A stretch of DNA of 55,441 nucleotides from Rhizaria sp. SCN 62-66 (GCA_001724265.1 MEDY01000038.1:62001-117441); one strand, 5' to 3'; positions 1 to 15,400 are shown, numbered from the stretch's first letter. Translations and numbers: made by a program. The notes: generated by a model not told the origin, from the sequence alone.

Positions 1-1037
1 CCGAGAGGATGGGCGGGGAGCCGCTGCCGAGCTACACTGGCAGTGATGTCAGCAGCGTGAATGACAGCTGCACCGGCGGTGGCGATGATGAGGTCGAAGA
101 GAACTATGACCAAGATGAGTTCGAAAACGACGACGGTGGCGATGATGATGACTATGAGGGCGACAGCTTCGTTGACCTTGACGCTGATGTGAACGAAGGG
201 GACTATCTGGACGAAGACGAGGGCGATTTTGACTGCGAGGGTGACTGGGATGATTATACCTCCGATCAAGGCGATGCCATTGACAACACTGACAATAGCG
301 ATGACATTAACGACGTGAATCAAGTTGACGCTGATGCGGACGGCTACGATGACGATGCGCTTGAGGACGGCGCGTTGACCCCGCACACCAAGCTGGCCGC
401 GTCTTATCACCCCCACACTTTTTCTCGGAACAGTAACAACGCCGCCCTTAGCGCTGCAACTGCAACGGGCGGCCTCGATGCCGACTGCTCTCTGCTGGCT
501 GCCGTGCCGCCCCCGTTGCCCGGCACGGCCGGCGCGCCCTCCCCGTTCGCAGCCCGCCGTAGCGCGTCCAACACAGCGAGCACTGCGAGTGTTTACAGCC
601 AGTCAGCCCAGAGTCATAACAGCGACGGCTCGTACAAGAGTGACCAGGAGCAACAACAACAACATCAGCAGCAAAGCAACGGTGCAGATGAGAGCGTGGA
701 CGTCAGCGTTGAGGTCAGTGTTGATGCAAGCGGCGACAACGCCAACGCAAATACCCACCATCACGGCAACCCGTTGCTACAGCCTAGCATCAACATTGGC
801 GCTGATATCGACGCCGGCGACGCCGAGTTCGAGTCCGACGCCGGCTCTGCGCGCCGCTCGCTGCTGCTGTCTCCACTGCACGCGCCGCCGCTGTCGCAGC
901 AGCACTTGTACAACGACGGCGTCAACAACACGCTCGATAGCGCGGTGGGGCTGCTGGTTCTCGGAGCTGACAGCGGCCGGGGCAGTGGCAGCGAGGTCGG
1001 AGACAACGCGCGCAACCCGCTCGTGTTCAATTTCTAA
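1..1037 (+). CDS. 3' part of a gene encoding a highly acidic, low-complexity (probably disordered) C-terminal region; 5' end probably upstream of the window
   Basis: Frame is open from the window edge (codons at 3-8 are sense) to TAA at 1035-1037. Coding-like GC content drops to AT-rich sequence after the stop. D/E-rich tract and poly-Q; no recognisable domain. Confidence 0.7.
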   Translation, partial: ERMGGEPLPSYTGSDVSSVNDSCTGGGDDEVEENYDQDEFENDDGGDDDDYEGDSFVDLDADVNEGDYLDEDEGDFDCEGDWDDYTSDQGDAIDNTDNSDDINDVNQVDADADGYDDDALEDGALTPHTKLAASYHPHTFSRNSNNAALSAATATGGLDADCSLLAAVPPPLPGTAGAPSPFAARRSASNTASTASVYSQSAQSHNSDGSYKSDQEQQQQHQQQSNGADESVDVSVEVSVDASGDNANANTHHHGNPLLQPSINIGADIDAGDAEFESDAGSARRSLLLSPLHAPPLSQQHLYNDGVNNTLDSAVGLLVLGADSGRGSGSEVGDNARNPLVFNF

Positions 1038-1456
1038 CACCGGTCGACGTGAACGAATGCTTAGCGCACGCTTGACGAACACTAATGAATGATATCTAGA
1101 TAAATCATAACAGCAAACAATATGTTAGCAACCTATGTTAATACATCTTACATATGAATTACATGAACCTACACTGCATTAATGTTCAATGTGAATCTGT
1201 ATTTGAGTGGCCGGATAGACTCGGCTTTGCCACGCTTGACATAATTGATCCACTAAGAACAAAGGTGGGACATAACACGCGTTACTTGTTAAAAACTAAA
1301 TTATTCATATCTAATTACAAAAAGAACAATATAAAACTACAATGACGATGTCTCTCGACTTGCATAAACAGCGAGGCTCCACTTGCATCTTGCTCTTGGC
1401 GTACATGTTGTTTTGCTATGTTGCTAAAGATGTTGTTGCTGCTATTTGCCTTGCGC

Positions 1457-2980
<1,524 letters not shown>

Positions 2981-3722
2981 GGTTTGCTTGTGTTGCGACA
3001 AGACTGTGCGGAAAGCAGGCGACGCGACAAGAGAAGAAGCGGCGGCGCGAGCGGAGGAGCGGCGGAAAAAGGAAAACACCTCGGTTGGGGGCGCGAAGAG
3101 CGGGGTCGCGCGGGAGTTCTACGGTGTGAAGAGTGTGGAGAAAGTGGTTCCCGGAAAATTACGCATGTGAGACAGAGATGTTATTTTAAAGGGAGAAATT
3201 TCAATATAGTATATTTTACTATACATATCAATGCATTCTGTTCTTAATTTTCCTAAGTTACGATCGAAAGATGCGCTGCAGACGTAACAAAAGCGACCTC
3301 CGTGGCTACCACGAACACCATTTTTGCGAACCGAAAAAGTGCGTGGTCTCGTCGTTCGCGGTCACCACAATCGCTGAAACGAACTCTAAAATCGCATTAA
3401 CTCCTCTATATGTGCACTTTTGCAAACAAATATAAAATATGATAACATTCAGACAAATAAATTTTGTGAAAAAATGTTATTAATACGTTTTCTATTTATA
3501 CACTGCGTTTCTTCGTGCAACAAAAAATTGCACCTAGCCAAAACGCTGCACAAGAACGATCAAATTAAAATCACCATAAATAACCATATAACACTTTAGA
3601 CACAACAAACCCGCAGTCACTGCACTACAAGTGTTCTATACCTGGCGGTTTCACGCCTCACTGTTACGTGCTCTGCTTCATTTTGAGAGCTTTGCTACGT
3701 ACTATGTGTGTGTATGTAGTGC

Positions 3723-4682
3723 TTACTCCTTCTTGGGGGCGGAAACGACCCAGGGCGCCTTCTTCTTGTTCAGGAACGCCTTGAGCCCGGCCTGGCCCTC
3801 CTCGGACACGCGGATGCCCGCGATGGCCTTAGTCAGGAAGCCCTTGGTCTCCTCCTTGTCAAGCGTGAGGTTCTTGGACTGAGTGACATCCTTAACCAGC
3901 TGCTTCGCGGCGCGCACGGCGGCCGGCGAGTTGCCCGCGATGACGTTGGTAACCTTGTCGACGGCAGCGTCGAGCTCCTCCACAGTTGGGTACACCGCAG
4001 ACACGAGCCCGATGCGGTGGGCCTCCTTAGCGTCGAAGCGCTCGCCAGTGAGGAAGTAGCGCGAGGCATGCACGGCGCCGATCTTGTCGATGCAGAAGCG
4101 CGAGATGACGGCTGGGATGAGCCCCAGTCCGACCTCGGTGAAGCCCAGCTTCGCGGACTCGAGTGCGAGCGCGAAGTCGCAGGCGGCAACGAGCCCCGAG
4201 CCGCCGCCGAGCGCGGCGCCGTTGACGCGCGCGATGACGGGCAGCGGGCACGCGTGGATCGAGTGGAACATGTCGTAGAGCGCCAGGGAGTCGACGCGGT
4301 TCTCCTCCTCGGTGTACTGCGCCATCTTGGCCATCCAGTTAAGGTCGGCGCCCGCGGAGAAGCTGGGTCCGTTGCCCGCCAACACGACGGCGCGCGGGAT
4401 AGCGAAGGACGCGTCGGCGACTGGGTGCGCCGCGGTGTGCGCCGCGACCTGCGCTGAGATGGACTTGAAGGCGTGGGTCAGCTCGGCGATAACCTCTTCG
4501 TTGAACGCGTTGTGCAGGTCCGGGCGGTTGAGCGTGACGAACATCGTGGGGCCGCGCTGCTCCTTGGTCAGGTACTTGTACTCATGGGCAGCGGCAGTCG
4601 AGAGAGAGCGCGCGGCGAGGGCGCCGACGCGCGCGGTGCGAAGGACGGCGGTCGAGAGGGCGGTGCTGCGGCGGGCAAGCAT
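3723..4682 (-). CDS. Enoyl-CoA hydratase/crotonase family, methylglutaconyl-CoA hydratase (LiuC-like), with predicted mitochondrial targeting peptide; intronless, 319 aa
   Basis: Motifs LNRPDLHNAF, FSAGADLNWM, VIARVNGAALGGG, FTEVGLGLIP, EEGQAGLKAFLNK. N-terminus is R/S/T/A-rich and free of acidic residues (MLARRSTALSTAVLRTAR...RSLST). Stop is TAA. Confidence 0.9.
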   Translation of the reverse strand: MLARRSTALSTAVLRTARVGALAARSLSTAAAHEYKYLTKEQRGPTMFVTLNRPDLHNAFNEEVIAELTHAFKSISAQVAAHTAAHPVADASFAIPRAVVLAGNGPSFSAGADLNWMAKMAQYTEEENRVDSLALYDMFHSIHACPLPVIARVNGAALGGGSGLVAACDFALALESAKLGFTEVGLGLIPAVISRFCIDKIGAVHASRYFLTGERFDAKEAHRIGLVSAVYPTVEELDAAVDKVTNVIAGNSPAAVRAAKQLVKDVTQSKNLTLDKEETKGFLTKAIAGIRVSEEGQAGLKAFLNKKKAPWVVSAPKKE

Positions 4683-5216
4683 GTGGGAGAAGGGGTTCTG
4701 TTGGTTTGAAAGGGATTCAGAGCAAGTGTGACATAGGAATTATGTGATGATGTGAGTGCGACGAGCGGAAGAACAAAGAAGGGGGAGTGTGCGAAGAAGT
4801 GCGGTTTCGAATGGGATAAGTGGCTGTTATAGGTGTATAATAAAGGGAATATAGACAACAGTCAGTATTATCCAGGGATGTGATTGTTGTTTCGCGAGTG
4901 ACAATGCGCCGACGTCGTAAATCATAGTGACGATTGTAGATTCGCGGGGTCGGATCTTGGGCTGCAGGAGCAGTGACTTGCCCGTCGCTCTACTTTGATT
5001 TCATTGATCGCCACAATTTGATCGTCAAACACTCCTTCAATGCAACTTCCTGAATTCAATATGTGTTTTATCTTTGATGTCCTTATTGCATTTCTTGATG
5101 TGCTCATTACCTCACTGTATCACGCCCTCTGTACAGCGAGTCGTTCCTCTCTCTCTCTTCGATTCACATTAGATTGCTCTTTCGCAGACAGCGTTTCCAG
5201 CTCAACCCACAGCTCC

Positions 5217-6145
5217 ATGAACCCTCCCACATCCAAGCCGTCTTACACTCGCATGGGTGAGAGCGCCTTTGCTACCATGGAGAAAGTTGTACGTCATCCA
5301 CGCTTAACCAAGAACCGTCACTAGCTCCGACCAACATACTTGTATCTTCCCGAACTGCCGACCTCGATTTCACACTCACTCTTGCCCTCCACTTGATTCG
5401 TCAACGATTCTAACCTTGTTCTACTTATGCAGAACGCTGATCTTTTTGTGATGACGTACGGTGCCTTTGTGGTCCAGCTTATCAAGGACTACAAGGACAT
5501 CAACATTGTCAACGCTGAGCTCCACAAGATGTACGCCTATAAACCTTTAATGTCGCGTGTCTTGTCTCGTCAGGCGCATACTGCCCGATTTCATTGGCGC
5601 TTTAATGTATATGCTCAGAATTTATATTTATTTTTATTACGTTTTCCTGAAATCATGTTAGTCTATATTCGAAACCTTGCGAACTACGTATTCTTACAAA
5701 CGTGTCATCACTTTTTCTGCGTTGCTTCACTTCACGCCACAGGGGCTACAACATGGGCATCCGCCTGATCGAGGAGTTCCTTGCCAAGTCCGGCGTCTCT
5801 CAGTGCGAACATTTCAAGGATACGGCGCACGTTGTGGCCAAGGTCGCGTTCAAGATGTTCCTAGGCATCTCGGCCGAGGTCTCGCAGTGGTCCCCCGACA
5901 ACCGCAGCTTCACGCTGACGTTCCGCAACAACCCTCTGAACGAGTACGTCGAGCTCCCGCCCTCGTGCACGGGACTCGAGTACTCGAACGTTATCTGCGG
6001 CGCGCTCACGGGCGCGCTGCGCATGGTGCGCCTCAACGTCAGCTGCACGGTCACGCAGGACGAGCTCAAGGGCGCCAGCGAGAGCGCCATCAAGGTCACG
6101 CTCGTCGAGGTCATGACCGAGAAGCTCGAGGGCTACGACGAGTGA
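5217..6145 (+). CDS. TRAPPC3: TRAPP complex subunit 3 (Bet3); exons 5217-5288, 5433-5530, 5743-6145
   Basis: Spliced product reads MEKV|NADLFVMTYGAFVVQLIKDY...LHKM|GYNMGIRLIEEFLAK...NPLNEYVELP...YSNVICGALTGALRMV, the Bet3 signature. Introns are GTACGT..CAG and GTACGC..CAG. Stop is TGA. Confidence 0.93.
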
Positions 6146-6484
6146 GCGCGACTGGGCTTCAGTGTTGTGCGTCTTTGCGTCGCAATGAGACCCTCTTGTT
6201 ACGTCAGTCGGGCCAGTTTACGGGTTTGTGAAGCTCATTATGCTCGAATACGTTTGAGTTGTTGATGTGTAGAGGGATTAAAAAGGTCAATTGTGTATTC
6301 AGTCATACAGCATGTAATTTTCGTATAAACGTAGTAAAAGTTATCAAAAGCATATTTCGCGTATCATATCTAATTTTAATCTAAAACAAAAGTAATGTGA
6401 ACAAAGAGACAGCTGCAACCTCAGCAGTGAGACTTTCCCTCTCACCCCCATAGTTGCGGGCTTATGCCTTCCCCCACAGTCACT

Positions 6485-9400
6485 TTAGTCGTCCTTGTTG
6501 AGCACGAGCGCGGTGCCCTGGAGGATCCAGTGCGACTCGTGCACGGGCGTGGCCAGGTCGGCCTGGAACACGAGCCCGACGCCCATGGCGTTGCGGCGCG
6601 CCTGCGTGACGTACACGGGCGTCTTGAACGTGTTCTGCAGCTTGAGCTTGTTGGTCTCGATCGGGATGATGTGCAGGATCGGCAGCTCAACGGTCAGGAT
6701 CTTGGGGTCCTGGCGCTTGAGGCACGAGTTCTCCACGTCCCACCCGGCGCCCTCGAGGTGCAGCCCGGTGACGTAGCAGCCGTCGCGGGGGCGCTCGGTG
6801 ACCTCGGCCGCGCTGAGCATGCGCGTGACCTTCGTGTAGACGGTGGACTTGTCCAGCGGCCAGCCCTTGCGGCGGCACGTCGTCTGCACTAGCGCCGTCA
6901 CGTACGACTCGGGGATGTGCAGCCCCGAGAGCCACATCACCATCGGGTCATGGTTGCTCTCGTCGTCGACCCAGCGCACATACTGTTCGTAGCGGCGCTG
7001 GAAGTGCGCCATCCACGAGCCCAGGTTCTTTTCCGTCGCGGGGGCCAAACGGCGCCACGCCGCGGGCAGCACGCCGTTGAAGAGCGACACCGCGAGGTCG
7101 TCGAGCTCGGCGCTCATGCCCACGAGGCCCGCCAGCGCCTTGAGCAGCTCGGCCAGCGACTCCTGCATGCGCGTCACGAGCCTGTTCCAGCGCTCCAGCT
7201 CCTGCAGCAGCACCACCGTCGTGGGCGAGATCGCCGACCGCGCGGCGGCCGCGCCCGCGGAGAAGGGATCCACGGCGCCCCCGCTGCCGGAGCCATCGTC
7301 GCCGCCGGCCGCGCCAGCACCGGCGCCAGCGCCAGCGCCGCTGCCATCGCCGGTGATGAGCAGCTGGCCGCCCGCGCCGCCCGCAGCAGACCCGCCGGCG
7401 CCCCCGCCGAGCGCGGAGGGGTCGGCCAGCATATCGCTGCCCCCCGCGCTGCCGCCGAGGCCGCCGCCCGAAGCGAGCTCGAGCTTGCGCGCATCTGCAG
7501 CGCGCTTCTCGAGGTCGCGACGGACGACGGCGAGGTCGAAGGGCTCGGGGACCTTGGCCTGGATCTCGCGCGCGACCTTGGAGACGTACTCCTCGCGCGT
7601 ACCGCCGCCCGCAGCGGCCTCAGTGCGCGGCTGCAGCGCCACCAGGTCGCCCCAGATGGACCGCACGGCGTTAGAGTTGTAGCGGATGTCGGCGTTGGAG
7701 TGGAGGCCGAAGACCTCGGGTGAGTTGTCCAGCGGCAGGTGATCAATGGCGCCGCTATAGCTCTCCAGCGGGCCCCACGCCGGGATCGTGTAGTCGAAGC
7801 CCGTGCGCGAGAAGTAGTACGGCTGGCAGTCGTCGAAAAGGAAGTCGCCCATGTACTCGTCCAAATACGTGACGAGGATGCGGCGATCGAGCGAGTCGGT
7901 CACGCGGCCGCCGTACATGGCCTCACCGATGAGGTATCGCAGCGAGCCCCAGGGGATGGGCTGCTCCGCCGCGCCCGGCGCGCTCTCCGTGTTCTCGTAC
8001 GCCTTGGTGAGGTACATGCGCAGCAGGCGGCGCGAGACGTTGAAGTCGCTGTCATTGAAGTCGTAGGCAACGTTCCAGCCCAGCTTGCCGTACTTGCGGC
8101 GCTCCTGCACCACGGCGTGGAAGAAGGATAGCACGTAGACCAGCGGGCGGTACGCGCGGTGCGGGCACTCCTCCAGCTCCTCGGAGGGGATCTTGCTGTA
8201 GCTCGACTTCATGTTGAGCTTGAGACCGTCCGGGGGCTCGGTGACGACCTTGAGCGAGCGCTGCAGGATGCCGAGCGGAAAGTCGGGGTGCGGATCAGTG
8301 GTGAGCCAGAGCCGGAAGTCGGGGTGTGGTTTGAGCATCGAGTTAAGCAGCTTCTCGAGCGTCTTGAGCCACTTGGTGAGGAGGTGGCAGTTGGCCAGCA
8401 CAAGCCAGTGGCCGCGGTGGTAGGCCGTCTGCAGCAGCGTCTCGGCCGCCGACGCCTGGCCTTGGCCCAGCGCGAGCGACTTGAACTTGGCCGGGAAGAA
8501 GCCCTTCTGCGTCGCTAGCGCCTGCAGCGCGCTCTGCGGGTCCGCGCCGGGCGACAGGATGAACACGATGGGCGTGAGCGGGCTCGCCAGGCGGAGGATG
8601 CGCTCGTAGTTGAGCACGGGCGGCTGCACGAAGTACGAGCCCAGCTCGGAGATGACAAACGACTTGATGCCCGCGTACACGCGGTCGGGGCGAAAGCAGC
8701 GCAGCACGAGCATGCGCTGGAACAGCGACAGGTGCTGGCTGTACTCGCCCGGCATGATCGAGCGGTTGCGCGACGCGAGCTCGTTGACGCTGCCCGACTT
8801 GTTCGTCGCAACCGAGCTGTCGTCGCCGGGGTTAGCGCCGCCGTGGCTGGCGGCGTCGCCCTCCGCGTCGACCTCGGGCGCCGTGACGTCATACCACTGG
8901 CGCCACGCCTCGTGGTTCACCGCCACGTCCTGCACGATGCTCGCCAGCAGCTGCTTCGCCGCCAGCGCCGAGGCCGCGTCGACGGCGAGACGCTGCGAGC
9001 GCTCGGCGGCCTGGCGCACGGCCACGGCGGCGGCGGTCTTGTCGTCGTCGTCCTCCTCCTCGTGCGCGGCCTCGCCGTGGCCGTGATGCTCAGACTTGGC
9101 GGCCGCGTTGTTCTGACCAGCACCAGCAGCGTGGGCGTTGCTGTTGGAGCTGTTCTTGAGCTCCTCGAGCCCGATGGCGCTGACCTCTGCGAGGCGGCAC
9201 AGGTCGCGCCAGGCAGAGCTGGGAATCCACGGCGCCGGCTTCGGCACCGAGGGCTCCTCCAGCGACACGTTGCCCTTGATGAAGAACTCGAGCTCCGCCT
9301 TGTCGACGCGGCCGCGTGACTCGAGGATGAGGAGCGTGACCTGGAGTGAGAGCATAAGCTTGTGGCGCTCGAAGATGCCCGTGCACGCGTAGTCGTACAC

Positions 9401-12400
9401 GCTCTGCGTCAGCACCTGCACCACGGACCGCACGCGGCCCGCCACCGAGAGCGGGTCGCGCGGCGCCAGCTCCAGCGCGCGGCGGAACACCTCGAGGTAC
9501 GCGCCCAGCGAGAATTCGTACATAGACGAAATGCTCGAGAGACCGGCGACGACGAAGAAAAGCACGGCGCCGCGCCGCGCGACGGGGCGGAAGTTGTCCG
9601 TGACCTTCTCGATGTCGTCAGCGTTGGTGCGCGCCTCAGCGAGCTGCTCAGCCACCGACACAGAGCGCGTCTTCGCGTCCTTGAGCGTGTCGATCAGCGG
9701 CTGGTTGTCGAGGATGTTGGTCTGCGAGTCCATCAGGCCCTTAAGAATGTTGTTCTCCAGCTCGACAAGCGTGATGTTGTTACGCGCAATCGACTGCACG
9801 AGGGCCTCCTTCTGCTTCTGGAGCTCCTCGCGTTCGTACGTGATCACCTCGCCGAGCAGCTGCTCCTCCAGACCGGCGAGCGTGACGGTGTAGTTGATGA
9901 TCGTCGTCTTAGCCGAGATTTCGGGCGAGAACCGCGGGTTGGAGAACTTGGTGATGAGGTACAGCCGGAAGTTGTCGTTCCAGTCGATCATGTTGTCGCC
10001 GAGCATGATGGCCTTGGTATGGCCGTGGCGCTGGATGAAGTTCTTCTCCAGCACGGGGTCGATCACAGGGTCCAGCTCCTCGCCGATGTTCTCGATGATG
10101 AACGCCGAGCCGAACTGAATCGCGAACTCGAGCAGGTGCATCAGGTCGGGGTCCGCGAAGGACCGGATCTTGATCTCCTTCTCGCCGTTGTTGCTCTCCT
10201 TGGCGCGGATCCACCGCGACGCCTGCATCTGCGGGTCGATGCAGAGCGGGAACCGCGGCGAGCGCGTGGTGAGAATGCCGTTCTGCACCGACAGCTCGTC
10301 CTGCGGCAGCCCCTCGGAGGCCCACTTGGCAACCTCGACCTCGGACGACAGCAGCGGCTCGAGCTTGAAGTTGTCCGTGAGAGGCAGCCCGCGCGCGCGC
10401 ACATCGGGCACCCAGTCGTCGTACACCATGCGGCGGCGGAACGGGAATGTGAAGGCGCCGGTGTAGCTGAGGAAGGACGCGGCGACGAGGCAGTCGCCGA
10501 CGAGGCGCACCTCGGTCTGGCGCAACTTATCGCGCTGCACGCCCCAGCGCTCGCGCTCGGAGCCGAGCCCGTTGATGAGCTGCGACGCGGCCTCGAGGTG
10601 GCGCTCCATCTGCTCCGCCTGCGTCTCCAGCTCCTGCAGCTCGGACGACTTGGCGGCGTAGTCGGACGACATCTCCTCGATCGCCACGGCCAGCGCGGCC
10701 AGCTCGGCGCGCGTCTCGATAAGGGACTGCTGCGAGACCTGGATGGCGCGCTCCATGGCCGCGACCTTCTTGCGCCGCGGCTCGACGTTCTTGGCCACGC
10801 GGTAGTACTCGAGCATTGCCTTGACCCACTTGTACAGCCCGTGGGCCGCGCGCGAGATGCGCTGCAGGTTCGTCTCAGTCAGCGCCTGCTTCGGGTCCTG
10901 CATCTTGCGCGAGAGAATCGCCTTGATGCGCTTCACCTGATTCGCCTGCAGCTTGTCCTTCTTGTACCGCTTGAGGTTGGTGTGGAAGTTGGGGTCCGAC
11001 AGCATGATCTTGACAGCCTTCCAGCCGTCCTGCGGGTTCTCCGTCTCGGTCGGCCGCAGCTCGACGACGCACTGAAGCACGGCCACAACGGCCGCGGGCG
11101 GGTTCGGCATCGTCTTGATCTCGGCGATGTCCTCCTTGCGGATCGTGTCGAGCGCCGACGCGGCCTGCTCCAGCGCCGGCTCGGCCTCGCGCAGCTCGCG
11201 CTGGGCTTGTTCGTTCTCGACCAGGATGTGCTGCTCGTCGTTCTTGAGCTGCTGCTCCTTCTCGATGGCGGACCGGCGTTTGGTCTCGACCACCGTCTGC
11301 TTCTCCTTGAGCTGCGCGATGACGGCCGAGCATTCGCGCGACTTGGCGTCAACGACGATCTTCTTCGCTGCAAGCTCGCGGCCGTAGCGCTCCACCTCGT
11401 GGTTGGCCTCGATGAGCTTCTTGATTCCGCCGTCAAGGCGGTCGTACTGGCGCCGGTTCTCCACGCGCGCGCCGTGCAGCTGCGAGCGGTACGTCGACAG
11501 GAAGTCGAGGAAGTTCTTGGGTGTCACGTGGTTGGTGCGGCGCAGCTCGAGCTGGAACTGATGCGAGTACGTCGACACGGACTTATGCACGTGCGTCATG
11601 TGCTCCACGATGGCCGCGCGCTGGCTGGGGGTGGCGAAGCTCTCGTTGCTGAGGTAGTGGTGCGCGACCGAGGACAGCGCAGACTCGGGCCACGCGAAGA
11701 ACCAGTCGATGACAGTGTTGTTGACCAGCCCCGGGAAGCTGCGGCAGCGGTTGCGCAGCACGTCGCCGGCGGGCGTGAAAGACAGCACGATGTGCAGGTT
11801 GTCTTGGCAGACGGACACGAAGTGCTGCCAGCACTCGTCGCGCGAGATGAGCACCTTGCCCTTGAGCTTGGCGTCGGCGCGCGCAGCCTCGATGAGCGGG
11901 CCCTTTTCCTCGTCGCTGAAGAGCGCGGGCACCATGCCCGTCGTGAGCATGTTATTGACCAGCTCCAGGAAGCTTTCGTCCTTGACGTGCGCGTCGGTGA
12001 AGAGGAACACCACGGGTTGGCCGAACACGGCGGGCGCGCTCGCGCTGCTGCCGCCCGCGCCGCCGCTGCCGCCCGCAGCGCCCGCGCCGCCCGCGCCCGC
12101 GCCGCCCTTGCGGTTGTCAGGCAGCGGCACGCCGCCGACAATCGAGTAGAGCGTCTTGAGGTCCGTCATGAAGTCGGCCAGGCTGTAGCTGCGCGTGAGC
12201 GAGATCTGGAAGACCTTGTACTGCGAGGCAAACGCGGCGAGCTTAGTGAGCGACTGCTTGCCCGAGCCACCGACGCCGATGAGCAGCGCGTGGCCGCGCG
12301 GCATGCGGATGATGCGGTGGATGCGCGTGAGGTGCTCGAGCGCGTCCTGGAACAGCACCAGCGACGTCGCGCGCTCGTTCTCTTCGGCGTACGTCATGAG

Positions 12401-15400
12401 CACCTCGTTGAAGATGGCCTTGACATTGTCGAACGAGTCCAGGTCCTCGTAGGTGCGCGCGGCGTGCGCGGCAGCCGGGGACGTGGCCGTGAACGTGGGG
12501 TCAGCCAGGATGGCGTTGACGTGGCGGAAGTCGCCGAAGATCAGGGGCTCGCGCAGAGTCGCCTTGGTCTCGTCAGGGAAGGCCTCCTTGACGAGCTTGC
12601 CGATGATGTTGTCGTTGACGACGCGGCGGTCCTGCTCCGAGATAAGGCGGTCGCAGAAGACACGCGTGCACTCGTTGCGCCACAGCCGCAGCAGCGACGC
12701 CGGCGTGTCGAACTTGTCCGGCGTCGACAGCAGCACGCCTTCGAACACGCGGGACAGGTCGCGCAGATTGAAGATGTAGTGGAACTTGGACGGCGTAGCC
12801 GGGAGCTGCGCGACGATGTCGTTGTAGAGCCGGATGGTGACCGAGGTGAGCTTGCTGGCGACGTTCTTGACGTCCTCGGCGAAGGCGTGCGAGTCCATGT
12901 GGCCCATGAGCATCGAACTGTAGATGAGGTGCAACGCGTCCTCGGTGGGGAAACACATCGAGATTACCGAGAACAGCGACAAGAAACGCGGGTTCACCAC
13001 CGAGCGGCCGCCGCCGGGGGGCGCCATCGCGGAGACATAGAGCAAGTCGCGGAAAGTCTTTTTCGCGAACCGCTCGCCAGCGGAGGAGTTGTTGTTGTTC
13101 GACTTGTTCTTGCCATCGTCTATATTGCGGTCGAACATGACGCCGCGGTCGATGAGGAAGCGCAGCAGCTCGATGGGCTGCTGCGTGCCGTACTCGTCGA
13201 CCTTGGGCATGTTGAGGTCGTCGATGAAGGTCACCATCTGCTTGCCAGGCGTGGGGCCGTAGACGTAGCCCGTGCGCTTCTCAACGTTGCTCTCGATGTT
13301 GGCCTGCACGTCGAGCGACGACGTGCGCGACGACATGTTGATCGTCAGCGATACGAACTTGGACGGGTCCAGCGAGGCCACGTAGTTGCGCACGGTGACG
13401 GTCTTGGCCGTGCCCGAGTTGCCGACGAAGAGCAGCGGCACCTGGTGCTCGAGCATGAGCTTCTTGGTGAACCACGTGTACCGCACCGTGTCGACCGTGG
13501 GCACCACGATCTGGCTAAACGCGAAAGGTGTCGGCGGCACGTAGCGCGCAGCGTGCCAGCGCGTCCAGCGGGGCACGCCGACGAGCGAGAAGTAGTGGTC
13601 GTAGATCAGGTCCTCGGGCAGATGCGTCTTGCCGGCGTTGGGCACCGAGGGGCGGCCCGAGAGCTGCTTGACGAACTTATCGAAGCGCACGCGCGACTCC
13701 TGCGACAGCGCGCCACCGAGCGACCAGGCGAGGCAGAGCACGAAGATGGACTCAATCACCTCGGGGTCGCGCATCGCGCGCGCCACGCGGTAGTGCTCGG
13801 GCGAGTCGATGTCCAGCTCGCCGCGCGCGGCACCGTCGGCCGCAGACTGGGCCGCGCTGGAGCGCTGCGCGTCGTCGGTCGCGGCGGCCGCGGCGGCGGC
13901 GGCGACCTCGTTGTCGACCATCGCCAGCAGCGCGGAGAGCTCGTCCTTAGGCTTGCCGTCCGCGCCAACAGTGGCGCCGGCGCTCGCGGCGGGGTTCGCG
14001 GGAGCATAGAGGCCGTTGTCGGACTTGGACTCCTCCTGCTGGCCGGAGCCGGCGTTGGAGCCCGCGGAGGGCTTGTTGATGCTGTGTGAGTCCTCGGGCG
14101 GCAGCATGACGTTGAAGAGGTGGCAGAACTGCTTCATCATGTTGAGCCCGCTGACGGGGATGAGCTGCGTGAGCGGCCCGCCCTTGACGGCCTTGCCCTC
14201 GTACAGTCCCTCGAGCACGAACTCAACGCACTGCGGCACGTAGCGCTCGTACAGCGCCAGCAGCAGCTCGGCCATCTTGCCGTCGCCGGCGCCGGGCAGC
14301 GCGTCGGCCGCGGTCGCGGGCTGCGGCGCGTGCGCCGACTGGGCGCCCATGAGCACGGAGCTCTGCGCCGCCTGCTGCTGCTGCAGCTGCGCGGCCGCGG
14401 CCTGCGCGACGACCGCGGCGGCCGCAGCGGCCTGCACCTGCGCGTGTGTGAGGTGGCAGCGCGTGCGAACCCAGCGAGAGAAGTAGGGGAAGAAGCCCAG
14501 GTTCTTGGGGTCGACCCACACCATGCCTGCGCGCGAGACGGTGGCCGGGGAGGCGTACTGCAGATCGGCAACCTCGAAAACGAGCTTGCAGTGATCCTGG
14601 AGACGGATACGCTCGCCGTTGGCCAGAGTGAGCAGCTTGTTGTCGTCCATGACCGAGTTCATGTTCTCGACCCAGAGCGCGTCAACGTCAGAGTCGAATA
14701 GGATGTAGCGCGCCTCGTGCTGATCCGCCTTGAGCGGCTCGTTGACCTCGCGGAACGTCTTGGACAGCAGGCCGTCGGTCCAGTCGCGCGTCGTCGGGTC
14801 CAGCACGCCGTACAGCTCAGCGACCGTGAGCGCCTTGGAGCACATCGGGAAGAGCTTCGTGGTGAGCTTGAACGCGCGCTGTTGCGCCTTGGCGAGGGTG
14901 TTGATGACGAGCGACTTGCCGCCACCAGTAGGGCCGACGACCATGATGGTGTGGCGCGTCAGCAGCACTTCGTAGCACTGGATGACCTTATCGACCTGGA
15001 GCTGGAAGCGCACCTCGTCCTTGTGGTGCATGTCGCCCTCGACGAGCACCTGCGTCACGGCCTGCTTGAGCGTCTTCTGCGACAGGCGGGGGCAGTGCAT
15101 GCCGGGGAACAGGTCAGCGATGAGGCCCAGGAAAAGCGGGACGTCCTCGAAGACGAACTTAGGCAGGTTCATGTCGCGCAGCGCACGCATGAGCACGAGT
15201 TCCTCCGAGAACTCGGGGGACGCGCGCTTGAGCGAGCCGGCCATGACGAGCACGGACTTGAGCGCGCGGAGACCGAAGTCGTAGTGGTGCTGCTTTGAGA
15301 GCTGCTCCTGCGCCTGGCGGTACAGCACGGTCATCTTGAGCGAGAGGTTGCGCGAGGTAAGGAAGCCTTCGGAGAAGAGCATGATCTCGCAAATCTGAGG

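Noticed and set aside
9362-14089. 1,575-aa + strand ORF, and other long antisense ORFs such as 18256..20526, 46994..48688 and 36515..37834
   Set aside because: Shadow ORFs of strongly GC3-biased genes. Antisense stops need TTA/CTA/TCA sense codons, which are rare here. The translations show no domain features.
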